Origin: Dehalococcoidia bacterium
GTDB lineage: Bacteria; Chloroflexota; Dehalococcoidia; Bin125
NCBI GenBank assembly: GCA_963663895.2
Contig: CAXXRD010000005.1
Span: 32,001 to 96,000, forward strand
DNA length: 64,000 nucleotides
Direction: 5' to 3'
Shown: in pieces, positions 18,322-27,820 of the stretch
How the letters are laid out: each line of letters opens with the position of its first letter
How positions within the stretch are numbered: position 1 is the stretch's first letter
Translations under genes and position numbers: made by a program
Notes under the pieces: generated by a model
Told to the model about the DNA's origin: nothing
Seen by the model: the letters and a program-made list of their open reading frames with translations, nothing else
Database searches by the model: none

Positions 18322-19454
18322 GGGTGCAGCTCCGCCTCCAGCCACTGTAATGGGTCGACATCCCGGCCGTTGACGATGACTTCCCAATGGAGATGCGGGC
18401 CGGTTGAGGCGCCGGTCGATCCGATCAGCCCGATCTCCTGGCCTGCCCGCAGTTCCATGTCTGGGACGACGCTGATCGCCGCCATGTGCCAGTAGCCGCT
18501 GAAAACGCCCGCCCCATGATCGACGATCACACCTTGGCCGTGGATCGGCAGCGTTCCGGCGAAGACGACCACGCCCGCTGCCGCAGTCCAAATGGGCTGG
18601 CCCTGGTCCGCGACGATGTCATGGCCGTGGTGCCAACTGGTCACGGGGCCGCCGTTGTATGAGCGTGGGATGCCGAAGGGACTGTCGTCTTGGCCGTCGA
18701 CGGGCCGGATCCAGGGCCCCGACCAACGCGGAGGGCCGCTAACGTTGCTGTGCAGTTCGAATCGTACCGTGTCATCGATTGCGGCGTTCTCGGGCGTGAG
18801 CAACGTGATCACCTCGGGCGGCAGCGTGATCGCTTCTACCGGCTCTTGCGCGGCCGTCTCCTCCGGAGCGGGAGGCGGGAGTGACGGCGGGGGCTCCACC
18901 ACGAACTCCCCTACGAGAGAGTCCAGCAGCTCTCCGTCTGCGTTCAAGAGGCCGACCGTGAGCGTGCGGGCGCCTTCTGCCGCGATCGGGGTCACGGAGA
19001 CGTAGCCGAGCCAAACGGCGTCGTTGATCGAGACGAGCGGCGCCGTGCGACCTTCCGCCGTAACGCGCGCTTTCGCTGCGCCGGCCGCTCGGACCTCGAC
19101 GCGTGCGCTCTCTCCGGGGTGGATCGTCTCCGGCACGATGATGAGGCTGGCTTCCGGCTTGGGCGGCGGTTCCGGTTTCGGTCGTGACCTGGGCTCGGGA
19201 AGCGGGGGCGGTGAAGGCGGCGGCTCCGGCCTGGGCTTTGCTTCCGCGAGCGGTGATCCTCCTGGCATGGCGCTCGGCATCGTGACGACGGGCTCTGCGG
19301 GCGCTGGCGGAGCCGGCGGCGGCGCTTGGGACTCTGCCGGGGGCCCCTCGACTCCGTCACATGCTGCGTAGGTAAGGATCGCCGTTGCGCAAAGCACCAG
19401 GGAGAGCCACGCTGGCCAACGCCAAGCGTACAGTCGGTCTCTGGACAGGGCCAT
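18318..19454 (-). CDS. M23 family metallopeptidase, probable lipoprotein with a Pro-rich linker
   Basis: HHGHD and STGPHLHWE motifs; signal peptide ending in AAC. Confidence 0.9.
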   Translation of the reverse strand: MALSRDRLYAWRWPAWLSLVLCATAILTYAACDGVEGPPAESQAPPPAPPAPAEPVVTMPSAMPGGSPLAEAKPRPEPPPSPPPLPEPRSRPKPEPPPKPEASLIIVPETIHPGESARVEVRAAGAAKARVTAEGRTAPLVSINDAVWLGYVSVTPIAAEGARTLTVGLLNADGELLDSLVGEFVVEPPPSLPPPAPEETAAQEPVEAITLPPEVITLLTPENAAIDDTVRFELHSNVSGPPRWSGPWIRPVDGQDDSPFGIPRSYNGGPVTSWHHGHDIVADQGQPIWTAAAGVVVFAGTLPIHGQGVIVDHGAGVFSGYWHMAAISVVPDMELRAGQEIGLIGSTGASTGPHLHWEVIVNGRDVDPLQWLEAELHP

Positions 19455-19530
19455 TTAAACCTCGCCCCGCGCCATGGAGAAGTCTTGGATAGGGTACGGT
19501 ACCCTGCGCGCTAAAGCCCACCGGGAGCCG

Positions 19531-19929
19531 ATGTCTGTGGCAGAACCTGACCCCTCTCTCCAACCGCGCAAACCGCGCATCATTGAGAAGCCGTGGGGAC
19601 GCGAGACGATCTTGGCCGAAACCGAGTGCTACGCGGGCAAGATCTTATTTGTGGCGCGTGGGAGCCGCCTGAGCCTGCAGCACCACGAGCACAAGAGCGA
19701 GACCATGTATCTCCTGCATGGTCGCATCCGGCTCTCCGTCGGTCGCTCGCAGGACGACCTGCAGGAGGTCGAGCTCGGCCAGGGCGAGCTGATCGACCTG
19801 CCGGTGGGGACGGTCCACCGCGTGCAGGCGCTTGAGGATTCGCAGATCATCGAAGCCTCGAGTCCGGAGCTGGATGACATCGTCCGGCTGGCCGATGACT
19901 TTGGGCGGGAGGGCACCTCCGCCCCTTAA
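19531..19929 (+). CDS. Cupin domain protein (mannose-6-phosphate isomerase C-terminal-like)
   Basis: EKPWG, LSLQHHEHKSET, HRV and DDIVRLADDFGR motifs. Confidence 0.85.
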   Translation: MSVAEPDPSLQPRKPRIIEKPWGRETILAETECYAGKILFVARGSRLSLQHHEHKSETMYLLHGRIRLSVGRSQDDLQEVELGQGELIDLPVGTVHRVQALEDSQIIEASSPELDDIVRLADDFGREGTSAP

Positions 19930-20127
19930 TCCGGGTCCCGGTTCCCGCTCGTCCGTTCCGCCGCCTGATCGGCCGCCCGGTAACGGGCGTGGCGGCCGGC
20001 GTCCGCCGGGAGAGTGCGCCGGGGTATCGCGTTCCCCAGCCGATCCGGCGTGGTGTCGCCGCTGCCGATCTCCCGCTTATCATCCATGCACCGGCGGCAG
20101 GCGGCTGCCACCGAGCTGTGGAGGTGT

Positions 20128-20712
20128 GTGACGGACCGCGACGTGGTCGCCCGCCTGCTGCAACGGGTCGCCGAGGGCGACGAGGAGGCGCTGCGTCTCC
20201 TCTGGCGGGAGAACGGGCGCTTGGCTTTCACGATCGCCTTCCGGATCCTCGGCCGCGAAGACCGCGCCGAGGACGTAGTCCAAGAGCTCTTTATCCGGGT
20301 CTGGAGGAACGCGGCATCGTTCCACTCAACCCGCGCGGGTTTTCACACGTGGCTCACACGCGTGGTGCGGAACCTTTGCGTCGATATGATCCGGCGCGAG
20401 GACCCGATCGAGCGCGCGGGTGCCATCACGGACGTCGAGCACTGGCTTTCCTTCAGTGATCCCGTTGATCCGATCGCCGTCAACCGGTTCGCGGTTCGGG
20501 AGGCCTTCCTCCAGGTCCCGGTCACGCAGAGTCGCGTGCTTGAGATGGCCTACTTCGAAGGGCTCACGTATGGGGAGATCGCCGAGCGGCTGGGGATTTC
20601 CACGGGCACGGTCAAGTCACGCATGCGGCTGGGGCTGCGGGGCATGCGGCGGTATCTGGAAGAGCTGCGGCTCGGGGAGTCGCAAGCGGCGCAGGGAGCG
20701 AGCCGGCGCTGA
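20128..20712 (+). CDS. ECF sigma-70 factor (SigK-like)
   Basis: AEDVVQELF region 2 and YFEGLTYGEIAERLGISTGTVKSRMRLGL region 4; start may instead be 20086. Confidence 0.9.
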   Translation: MTDRDVVARLLQRVAEGDEEALRLLWRENGRLAFTIAFRILGREDRAEDVVQELFIRVWRNAASFHSTRAGFHTWLTRVVRNLCVDMIRREDPIERAGAITDVEHWLSFSDPVDPIAVNRFAVREAFLQVPVTQSRVLEMAYFEGLTYGEIAERLGISTGTVKSRMRLGLRGMRRYLEELRLGESQAAQGASRR

Positions 20713-21410
20713 TGGACCGCGAGTCCGCCCGCGATCTGCTTGCTCCCTATGCGCTGGGCGCCTTGCCGGAAGAGGAGGCGCGCGCGCTCCAGCAGGCGCT
20801 GCTGGAGTGGCCCGAGGGACGCGCCGAGCTCGCGCAGCTGATCGCCGTCGCCGACGCATTGCCCGTCGCGCTCACCGAGGAACGGCCGCCTTTGGGTCTA
20901 GAGGGCCGCATCATCGCGAAGGCGCGCCAGCGCCGCCGACCGTTCCGTTCCCTCATGATCGGGCGGCGGCCGCAGCGGGCCGCTTTGCGCTTTCTCCCGC
21001 ATCTGCTGGCGGTCGGCTTCGCGGCGGCCGCGGCGGTGCTGGCCGTGATGCTGTTCGTGGAGATCGGGAGCGACGGCGTTCCCTCCGGAGGCCGCTGGAT
21101 CGACCTCGCCGGCACGGACAGTGCCGGTGCTTACGTGACCTACACCGACGGCCGGCCGATCGGCATCGTGTTCCGCGGCCTCGATCCGCCGCCGGAGGAT
21201 CGGATCTACCAGCTGCACCGACTCCGTTCGGATGGAGTTCGCGTTTCCGACGTGCACTTTCTCCCTCGGGACGACGGGTGGGCAGCCGTGGCGCTGGTCC
21301 TGCCTGTAGACGAGATGCTCGTTGGATTCGGGATCACGATCGAGCCGATCGAAGAGGACGATCCGGATCCTTCCAGCGAATTCCCGCCGATCACGTTCCC
21401 CGCCCGCTAG
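20712..21410 (+). CDS. Anti-sigma factor (RskA-like)
   Basis: LLAPYALGAL N-terminus, one TM helix, YQL...FGITIEP C-domain; overlaps the sigma stop codon. Confidence 0.85.
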   Translation: MDRESARDLLAPYALGALPEEEARALQQALLEWPEGRAELAQLIAVADALPVALTEERPPLGLEGRIIAKARQRRRPFRSLMIGRRPQRAALRFLPHLLAVGFAAAAAVLAVMLFVEIGSDGVPSGGRWIDLAGTDSAGAYVTYTDGRPIGIVFRGLDPPPEDRIYQLHRLRSDGVRVSDVHFLPRDDGWAAVALVLPVDEMLVGFGITIEPIEEDDPDPSSEFPPITFPAR

Positions 21411-21541
21411 CGATATTGCGCGTTGAACGGCTGGGCGGACCGAACGGAGATCCTTGTCCCGCTGAGTGACCGATGTGGAGTGGTTCCTCCGTATAGGTTT
21501 CAGCAATCTAGCCCTACTGCGACCCCGCCGCTCCTCGTAGC

Positions 21542-22258
21542 ATGAGCGGGATGTCGACGGCTGAGCTTCCGAAATCGACAAAAGAGCGGCCGCCGCTGCA
21601 TCCTTCCACGCGCCTGGTGCTGGTGCGTCACGGACAGGCGGGAGGCGCCGGTGTCCCGTACGCCGACGATGTGCCGCTGACGGCGACCGGCCGGCGGCAG
21701 GCCGAGCGTACCGCGGAGGTGATTGCGCTAAATGGATCAGGCGCTGGGATCGCCGCGATCTATAGCAGCCCGCACCGCCGCGCGCTCGACTCGGCCCGCG
21801 CACTGGCGGCACGCATGCCGTGTGAGCCGCAGGTCGACGATCGCCTCATGGAGTTCCGGTTGGGCTGCGAGGACACGCAGTCGATCGACGAGATCGTGGA
21901 GGAGCTGCGCTACCTCATGCTCTGGCGTCCTCACGATAAGGAGAGCGATCGAGGAGAGAGCCTGTGGCAGTTCCAGTCCCGGGTCTCCGCTTTCCTGGAC
22001 GAGGTGAGCAACGCTTGTCTGGGCCGCACCGCGGTCATCTTCACGCATGGGGGCACGATCGCGGCGGCGATGCGCTGGGCCTACGGCCTCACGCCCGAGC
22101 ACGATTGGCACTCCGATGTCGAGCTCTTCAACGCTTCCATAACCGAGGTGGAGTTTTGGCCCAACGGGCGGCATGCTCTGAGTGCGCCCTACGCGTCTGT
22201 CATCCATCGCCTCAATGACATCCGGCATCTGCCTGCCGACTTAGTCACGGCCTACTAG
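21542..22258 (+). CDS. Histidine phosphatase (phosphoglycerate mutase-like) family protein
   Basis: LVRHG, YSSP..RA, THGG and NASIT motifs. Confidence 0.88.
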   Translation: MSGMSTAELPKSTKERPPLHPSTRLVLVRHGQAGGAGVPYADDVPLTATGRRQAERTAEVIALNGSGAGIAAIYSSPHRRALDSARALAARMPCEPQVDDRLMEFRLGCEDTQSIDEIVEELRYLMLWRPHDKESDRGESLWQFQSRVSAFLDEVSNACLGRTAVIFTHGGTIAAAMRWAYGLTPEHDWHSDVELFNASITEVEFWPNGRHALSAPYASVIHRLNDIRHLPADLVTAY

Positions 22259-22296
22259 CTATTCCCGCGCTCGGCGCGGGCGGTATCCTGAACCGC

Positions 22297-23202
22297 ATGG
22301 ATGCGTTGACCGTTCGCGACCACCCTCCCTTGGAGCGGCCTATCCTGGTCGCCGCCTTTCTCGGCTGGAATGACGCAGCCGAGTCGGCGAGCAACGCAGT
22401 GCGCTATCTCCGCCGGCTGAAGCCCACCAAGCATTTCGCCGAGATCGATCCCGAGGAGTTCTTTGTCTTCACGGAGCGGCGGCCTCAAGTGCGCTTGACG
22501 CTCGGGCGCCAGCGGGAGATTAGCTGGCCGAGCATGAAGTTCTCCTACCTCCAGCTTGATCAGCCGAAGCTCGATCTCGTCCTCGGCCTCGCGACGGAGC
22601 CCCACCTCCAATGGAAGCGGTTTACCCGCCTGATCGTGCAGTTCGCGAAGGAGTTGGAGGTGCGGGAGGTCGTGACGCTCGGCGGCTTGCTGGCCGACAC
22701 GCCCCATACAAGGCCCGTGCCGCTCACGGGCATCGCGAGTGATCCGGAGCGCGCCGAGGCTCTCGGGTTCAAGCCGTCGCATTACCAGGGACCGACTGGG
22801 ATCGTCGGCGTGCTCAACGACGCTTGCCGTCGTGAGGGTCTCCCCTACATCAGCCTCTGGGCCAATGTCCCCCACTACGTCGCTGGCATCCATAACCCGC
22901 GGGCTACGCAGGCCCTCTTGCGCCAGTTCAGCATGATCTACGGGTTGGACCTCAACCTGGACGACCTCGACCGTCGCGCCGTGCGCTATGAGTCGGAGAT
23001 CGAGAAGGCCATCAAAGACAATCCGGAGATCCAGGAGTATGTCCAGCGCCTTGAGGCAGCGGCCGATGAGTCGGAGGATGAAGATGCCGCCGCGCCGCCC
23101 CCTCGTCCAGAGCTGCACAGCTCCGATGTCCTCGCGGAGGTGGACCGGCTGCTCCGGCGGGATGACTCCCCGCAGGATCCGGGTCCGCTGGCAGAGCGCT
23201 AG
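22297..23202 (+). CDS. PAC2 family protein (second paralog)
   Basis: GWNDAAE, PHTRP, YQGPTGIVG and WANVPHY motifs. Confidence 0.88.
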   Translation: MDALTVRDHPPLERPILVAAFLGWNDAAESASNAVRYLRRLKPTKHFAEIDPEEFFVFTERRPQVRLTLGRQREISWPSMKFSYLQLDQPKLDLVLGLATEPHLQWKRFTRLIVQFAKELEVREVVTLGGLLADTPHTRPVPLTGIASDPERAEALGFKPSHYQGPTGIVGVLNDACRREGLPYISLWANVPHYVAGIHNPRATQALLRQFSMIYGLDLNLDDLDRRAVRYESEIEKAIKDNPEIQEYVQRLEAAADESEDEDAAAPPPRPELHSSDVLAEVDRLLRRDDSPQDPGPLAER

Positions 23203-23213
23203 CCGTTCCGCTG

Positions 23214-23897
23214 ATGCCTGACGCCAGCGAAGCGCCCTTCGTCAACGAGCTTGAAGTCCGGGGCGTGGTCGTCGGCGTGTTCCAAGAGAATTGCTGGATC
23301 ATCGGCAACCGGCGCACACACGAGGCGATCTGCGTCGATCCGGGCGGGCAGCCCGATGAGATCCTGCATCTCGCGAGCGAGATGGGGATGACGATCAAGC
23401 TGATCGCCTGTTCGCACGCGCACATCGACCACGTGCTCGGCGTGCGGGCGATCCAGGCCCAGACGGGAGCCTCTTTCTTACTGCACGCTGCGGACCTGGA
23501 GATTCTGCGTACGGTCCCCCTCAGCGCCCAGCGATTCGGTCTGAACGCGGAGGCTCCGCCCGCGCCCGACGCCACTCTCGACACCATTACCAAGCTTGAG
23601 ATCGATGGGCTGTCGCTGGATGTGATCCACACGCCCGGCCATACGCCCGGCAGCACCTGCTTCTATACCAACGAGCTCCTCTTCAGCGGCGATACGCTCT
23701 TCCAGGCCAGCATTGGCCGAACCGACCTGCCCGGCGGCGACCATGCCCAGGAGATGGCGAGCATCGTCGATAAACTGCTGCTCCTTCCGGACGAGACGAT
23801 CGTCTTGCCCGGACACATGGACCAGACGACCATCGGCCACGAGCGTGAGAAGAATCCCTTCGTGCGCATGGAGCTACAGGCGCGCGGCCGCGCCTAG
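23214..23897 (+). CDS. MBL-fold metallo-hydrolase (glyoxalase II-like)
   Basis: SHAHIDH, TPGHTPG, SGDTLF and GRTDLPGG motifs. Confidence 0.92.
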   Translation: MPDASEAPFVNELEVRGVVVGVFQENCWIIGNRRTHEAICVDPGGQPDEILHLASEMGMTIKLIACSHAHIDHVLGVRAIQAQTGASFLLHAADLEILRTVPLSAQRFGLNAEAPPAPDATLDTITKLEIDGLSLDVIHTPGHTPGSTCFYTNELLFSGDTLFQASIGRTDLPGGDHAQEMASIVDKLLLLPDETIVLPGHMDQTTIGHEREKNPFVRMELQARGRA

Positions 23898-23914
23898 CAA
23901 GCAAGGAGGTCACG

Positions 23915-24376
23915 ATGCCCAGCAAGGCCGAAGAGCTCAGCGCGATGGATGCCGCTTTCCAGCGGCTCATCGACATCGTTCGTCCTATTGATGACGCCCA
24001 CGGCACTTGGAAAGAGGCGCACGGTACCTGGTCCGTCGTGAACCTGCTCCAGCATATGGACGGGTGGTTGCGTGAGATGACTCCTGCGCTCGAGCGGCTC
24101 GCCCAGGGCGAACGTCCGACCCCCGCGGGCGTCGACTACAGTAACTTCGACGCGTGGAACGCGAAGTTCGTCGAGGTGCGCGGCGAGCAGACCGTGGCCG
24201 AGGCGATCGCGGCGATCGAAGAGAGCTACGCTGCCTTCCGCGCCGGTGCGGAAGAGGTCGACACCGGCCGTTTCGGCGACAACAAGACCGCCAATCGCCT
24301 TGTCGACGCCAGCGGTACGCACCACTTTAACGAGCATGCCGACGACATCGAGAAGTACCTCGCCGGCACCCACTAA
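23915..24376 (+). CDS. DinB/ClbS-like four-helix bundle protein
   Basis: WSVVNLLQH and HHFNEH motifs; AGGAGG SD. Confidence 0.75.
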   Translation: MPSKAEELSAMDAAFQRLIDIVRPIDDAHGTWKEAHGTWSVVNLLQHMDGWLREMTPALERLAQGERPTPAGVDYSNFDAWNAKFVEVRGEQTVAEAIAAIEESYAAFRAGAEEVDTGRFGDNKTANRLVDASGTHHFNEHADDIEKYLAGTH

Positions 24377-24386
24377 ACTGGCGCGC

Positions 24387-24893
24387 ATGTCCGAGCCAAC
24401 AGGCGCCCGCGATGGGCAAGCTGCCGACGAGAGCCTGATCACGCCCGCGATGCAAGCCGCCATCGGGAGCGAGGGCGAGCCCGTGCGCGTCGAGATCAGC
24501 CGCGAAATCGTGCGGCGCATGGCGGAGGCGCTCGACGAGGATGATCCCGCTATCCTCGCCGCCATTGACGGCGACGATCCCCATCCCGTTGTTCCCTCGT
24601 ACGCCTTGATCTGCATCCTCTCGCACATGAGCGAGATGCGCGTGCCCGACGTCCCCGGCCACGGGCTCATGGCCGCCGACGACTGGACGTACCTCAACCC
24701 AGTGCGGGTGGGCGATCGCATCACGGTCCGCCCGCGTGTCGCCGATATCCAGGAGCGCATCGGCGGGCGCGTGGGACATTCGCTGTTCGTGCGGCATGAG
24801 TGGATCTGTGAGAACCAGGCCGGGGTCGAGATCGCTCGCGTGCGGCGGACGATCGCGCACTATCCGGAGCGCGATCCCGCGGGGAGCGCATGA
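24387..24893 (+). CDS. MaoC-like dehydratase N-terminal/hot-dog protein
   Basis: WTYLNPVRVGDRIT and CENQAG hot-dog motifs. Confidence 0.75.
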   Translation: MSEPTGARDGQAADESLITPAMQAAIGSEGEPVRVEISREIVRRMAEALDEDDPAILAAIDGDDPHPVVPSYALICILSHMSEMRVPDVPGHGLMAADDWTYLNPVRVGDRITVRPRVADIQERIGGRVGHSLFVRHEWICENQAGVEIARVRRTIAHYPERDPAGSA

Positions 24894-25312
24894 ACGCGCC
24901 GCGTACGTATGCCGAGATTCGGGAAGGGGAGGAGCTGCCGCCGCAGGAGCGCCTCCCCACGCACCGCAAGGTCCTGATGTTCATCGGCGCCTCGTGGCAG
25001 TGGGTGCCGCAGTTCCACGAGCAGGCGACCGCGGAGCGGATGGGACTAGAAGGCCCTATCGTCCCCGGTCCCGCGCGGATGGCTTTCTTGGAGCAGTTCC
25101 TGCGGCGCTGGCTCGGCGGCGCCGGGACCCTCAAGCGCATTCATATCACCCACCGCCGGCCCGATTACCACGACCGGCCGATCACGATCGGGGGAATGGT
25201 CACTCGCAAATACGAGGAGGAGGGCGGCAAGCTCGTCGATTTCGAGCTGTGGATCGAGAACCAGGCGGGCCTGCCCTCGGTCCGCGGCAACGCCACCGTC
25301 GCCTTCGACTAG
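24890..25312 (+). CDS. MaoC family dehydratase (hot-dog fold)
   Basis: EGEELP, FHEQATAERMGLEGPIVPG and GMVTRKY...WIENQ; ATGA overlap. Confidence 0.8.
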   Translation: MNAPRTYAEIREGEELPPQERLPTHRKVLMFIGASWQWVPQFHEQATAERMGLEGPIVPGPARMAFLEQFLRRWLGGAGTLKRIHITHRRPDYHDRPITIGGMVTRKYEEEGGKLVDFELWIENQAGLPSVRGNATVAFD

Positions 25313-25395
25313 CCCTCACGGTCTTTCCAGCGGCTATCATTCAGCCTGCTTCCCCGCAGCGAGCCCCTTGGGCACTTGGAGGAAAACGCAAGAAG

Positions 25396-25797
25396 ATGTC
25401 TCTCAGCACCGAAGACCGACAAGCCATACTCGACCTCGCCGCCCGCTATAACCAGGCCATCGATAGCGCCGACATTGATGGTTGGATCGCTTGCTGGACC
25501 CCGGACGCCCACTTTGACCCGCCGGGCAGGGCCGTGTTCGACGGCCCGGATGGCCTCCGGCAGTTCGCCGAGGGGCACATCGCCCAGTTCCCCAATACCC
25601 GGCACTGGAACGCGAATCATGTGATCGCCGGAGCCGGCGAGAGCGCCACGATGTCGTGCTATCTCAACTTCTTCGGCGTGAAGGGCGGTCCCAAGCTGCT
25701 TGCGGCCGGGACCTACCAGGACACGCTGCGCAAGGTCGATGGCGCATGGCTGTTCGCGACGCGCAAGGTGATGATCGACCGCGCGCCGGACGGCTAG
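25396..25797 (+). CDS. SnoaL-like/NTF2 family protein
   Basis: DRQAILDLAARYNQAID, TRH..NHVI and GTYQDTLRKVDGAWLFATR. Confidence 0.85.
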   Translation: MSLSTEDRQAILDLAARYNQAIDSADIDGWIACWTPDAHFDPPGRAVFDGPDGLRQFAEGHIAQFPNTRHWNANHVIAGAGESATMSCYLNFFGVKGGPKLLAAGTYQDTLRKVDGAWLFATRKVMIDRAPDG

Positions 25798-25802
25798 GCG
25801 CG

Positions 25803-26234
25803 ATGCCCCTCACCGCGGCCGACAAGCTGGAGATCCTGGATCTCGTGGGCCGCTATTGCCAGGCGGTCGATGCGGGTGATGGCCCCGGCTACGCCGATAC
25901 GTACGTTCCGGACGGGACGTTCGAGATGCCTGTCGGCCGCGTCGAGGGACGCGAGGCCTTAATTGAAATGGTCGACGTGATCCAGGCTGCCATGCCGGGA
26001 GTCCGCCACATGTCCAGCAACTGGGTCATTGAGGGCGATGAGGACCTGGCGACGATGCGCTGCTACATGTTGATCAAGGTCCACGATCCCGACAGCGGTG
26101 GCCAGAAGACGCCGCCGCCGAAGTTGGTGGCCACGGGGATTTACGACGATAGGCTGCGCCGGGTCGAGGGCGCTTGGAAGTTCGTCTCCCGCAAGATCAA
26201 CGTCGAGTGCTGGGACTGGCCCGACTGGCCTTAG
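25803..26234 (+). CDS. SnoaL-like/NTF2 family protein (tandem paralog)
   Basis: DKLEILDLVGRYCQAVD and GIYDDRLRRVEGAWKFVSR. Confidence 0.85.
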   Translation: MPLTAADKLEILDLVGRYCQAVDAGDGPGYADTYVPDGTFEMPVGRVEGREALIEMVDVIQAAMPGVRHMSSNWVIEGDEDLATMRCYMLIKVHDPDSGGQKTPPPKLVATGIYDDRLRRVEGAWKFVSRKINVECWDWPDWP

Positions 26235-26248
26235 CAAATCCGGTGGCG

Positions 26249-27676
26249 CTAGGCGCCGTCGTCGGGCGCCGGCGCCTCGCTCCCACTGTCGCCCTCGGCA
26301 GGCGGCTCCTCGGCCGGCACTGCTTCTGTCGGCTGGAGGGGCACGGCGCCCCCCGAGAAGCCGACGGGGATCAGCAATGGGTCGCCGACCGCGATCTGGT
26401 TTGGGTTCGTGATGCCGCTGAGGACGGCGATCGCCGCCACCGAGGTGTCGAACTCCTGGGCGAGCGCCGAGAGGGAGTCGCCTTCCTGCACCGTCCAGGG
26501 AATTTGGTTGGGCCAGTCCCGCAGCGCCTCCACCACCGCGGGCGGCAGGGCCACGATCGCGGCGCCGAACGGGTCGATGGGCGCAGCCGGGGTCGGCTCC
26601 ACGGGCTCTTCTGATGTCTCGGGCTCGGCCAGGTCCAGAGCGAACCCGATGGGGACGTCGAGCACTTGTCCTTCGAAGATCCTTCCGGGATCGTCGAGTT
26701 GGTTGTAGATCGCGATCGCCTCGATCGTCGTCCCGAACTCCCGGGCGATCGCCGCCACCGAGTCCCCGCTGCGTACGGTCCATTCCTGGATGACCGGCCA
26801 CGCCTCCAACTGCTCGAGTGGGGTGAGCTGCTCCTCTGCGGCGACTGCGGCGGCCGGCGTGGCGGCGTCCACGTCCGCCGTGTCGGCGGGCGCTGCCTCC
26901 TCCGTGCTGCTGCCTTCGCCGGCGGGCTCCTGCGCCGCCGCCGCGCTCTCGGCGGCTGGGGAGGGATCGTCTGCGGGCGCCGTGGCGTCGATGGCGCTGG
27001 TTTCGTCCACCGTCGCAACGATCCCGAGATCGTCCTCGTCGTCGCTCATGAGTGCGACCACGGTTCCCAGCACGGCGGGGACGAGCACCACGAACAGTCC
27101 CAGGAGAGCCCACTGCAGGGGCGTCGCTGGCAGAGGCACGCGGTGGCGGAGGCGGCGGCCGATGGCGATCCAAGAAGGCGCGGGCCCCGGTGGCTGCTCG
27201 CGCTTGCCCACGAAGACTTGGCAGGTGCGGAATTGGAACTGATCGCCGATGCAGAACGTCGTCTGATAGCGCTCGTGGATGGCGGCGGCCGCGCCGGTTC
27301 GCGTGCAGACGTGGTCCTCGCGTGCGTAGGCTGCCGCGGTCGCGGAGTCGTCGCGTAGAGCGAGATAGGGGCAGATCGTCGACGGGGTGGGGATCGTGTA
27401 GGGCTCTTCGTCCGCCTCTGCGCGTTCGACAACGGACGGTTGCCGTTCGAGCGGCGCGATCGGGGGCGGCGGGACGGGCAACGCTGGCCCGTGTGCGGAC
27501 GGCGTTGCCGTTTCAGCGGTTGCCCCCATCGCGTCTGCGGGTTGGTCGTCTGCCTGTGGGGACTCTTGTGGGGCTCCCGGTGCCTGAGGCGGCAGCGGCA
27601 GAGGCGGGTCGGGCTGGCCGTTAGCGATCTCTGGGGACAAGCCGCACCTCGTTGCCCCGCCCCAACTATTGTGCAT
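26249..27676 (-). CDS. Membrane-anchored protein with a Cys-rich N-domain and two LysM domains; start uncertain
   Basis: WTVRSGDS and WTVQEGDSLS LysM repeats, one TM helix, CPYL...HVC...FC...TC. Confidence 0.85.
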   Translation of the reverse strand: MHNSWGGATRCGLSPEIANGQPDPPLPLPPQAPGAPQESPQADDQPADAMGATAETATPSAHGPALPVPPPPIAPLERQPSVVERAEADEEPYTIPTPSTICPYLALRDDSATAAAYAREDHVCTRTGAAAAIHERYQTTFCIGDQFQFRTCQVFVGKREQPPGPAPSWIAIGRRLRHRVPLPATPLQWALLGLFVVLVPAVLGTVVALMSDDEDDLGIVATVDETSAIDATAPADDPSPAAESAAAAQEPAGEGSSTEEAAPADTADVDAATPAAAVAAEEQLTPLEQLEAWPVIQEWTVRSGDSVAAIAREFGTTIEAIAIYNQLDDPGRIFEGQVLDVPIGFALDLAEPETSEEPVEPTPAAPIDPFGAAIVALPPAVVEALRDWPNQIPWTVQEGDSLSALAQEFDTSVAAIAVLSGITNPNQIAVGDPLLIPVGFSGGAVPLQPTEAVPAEEPPAEGDSGSEAPAPDDGA

Positions 27677-27820
27677 CCACTATCCCTACCCGGCAACTGT
27701 GGACTGTCTGCTGGTGCGAAATGGGCCGGGTGTCTTGTTGCCGCCTTTCTCTTTCCTTGCACCGCGATGCGGCCCGTCGTACAGTGCCTGTCTTGCGTAC
27801 CCGGTTCGGGAGCGCTGGCG

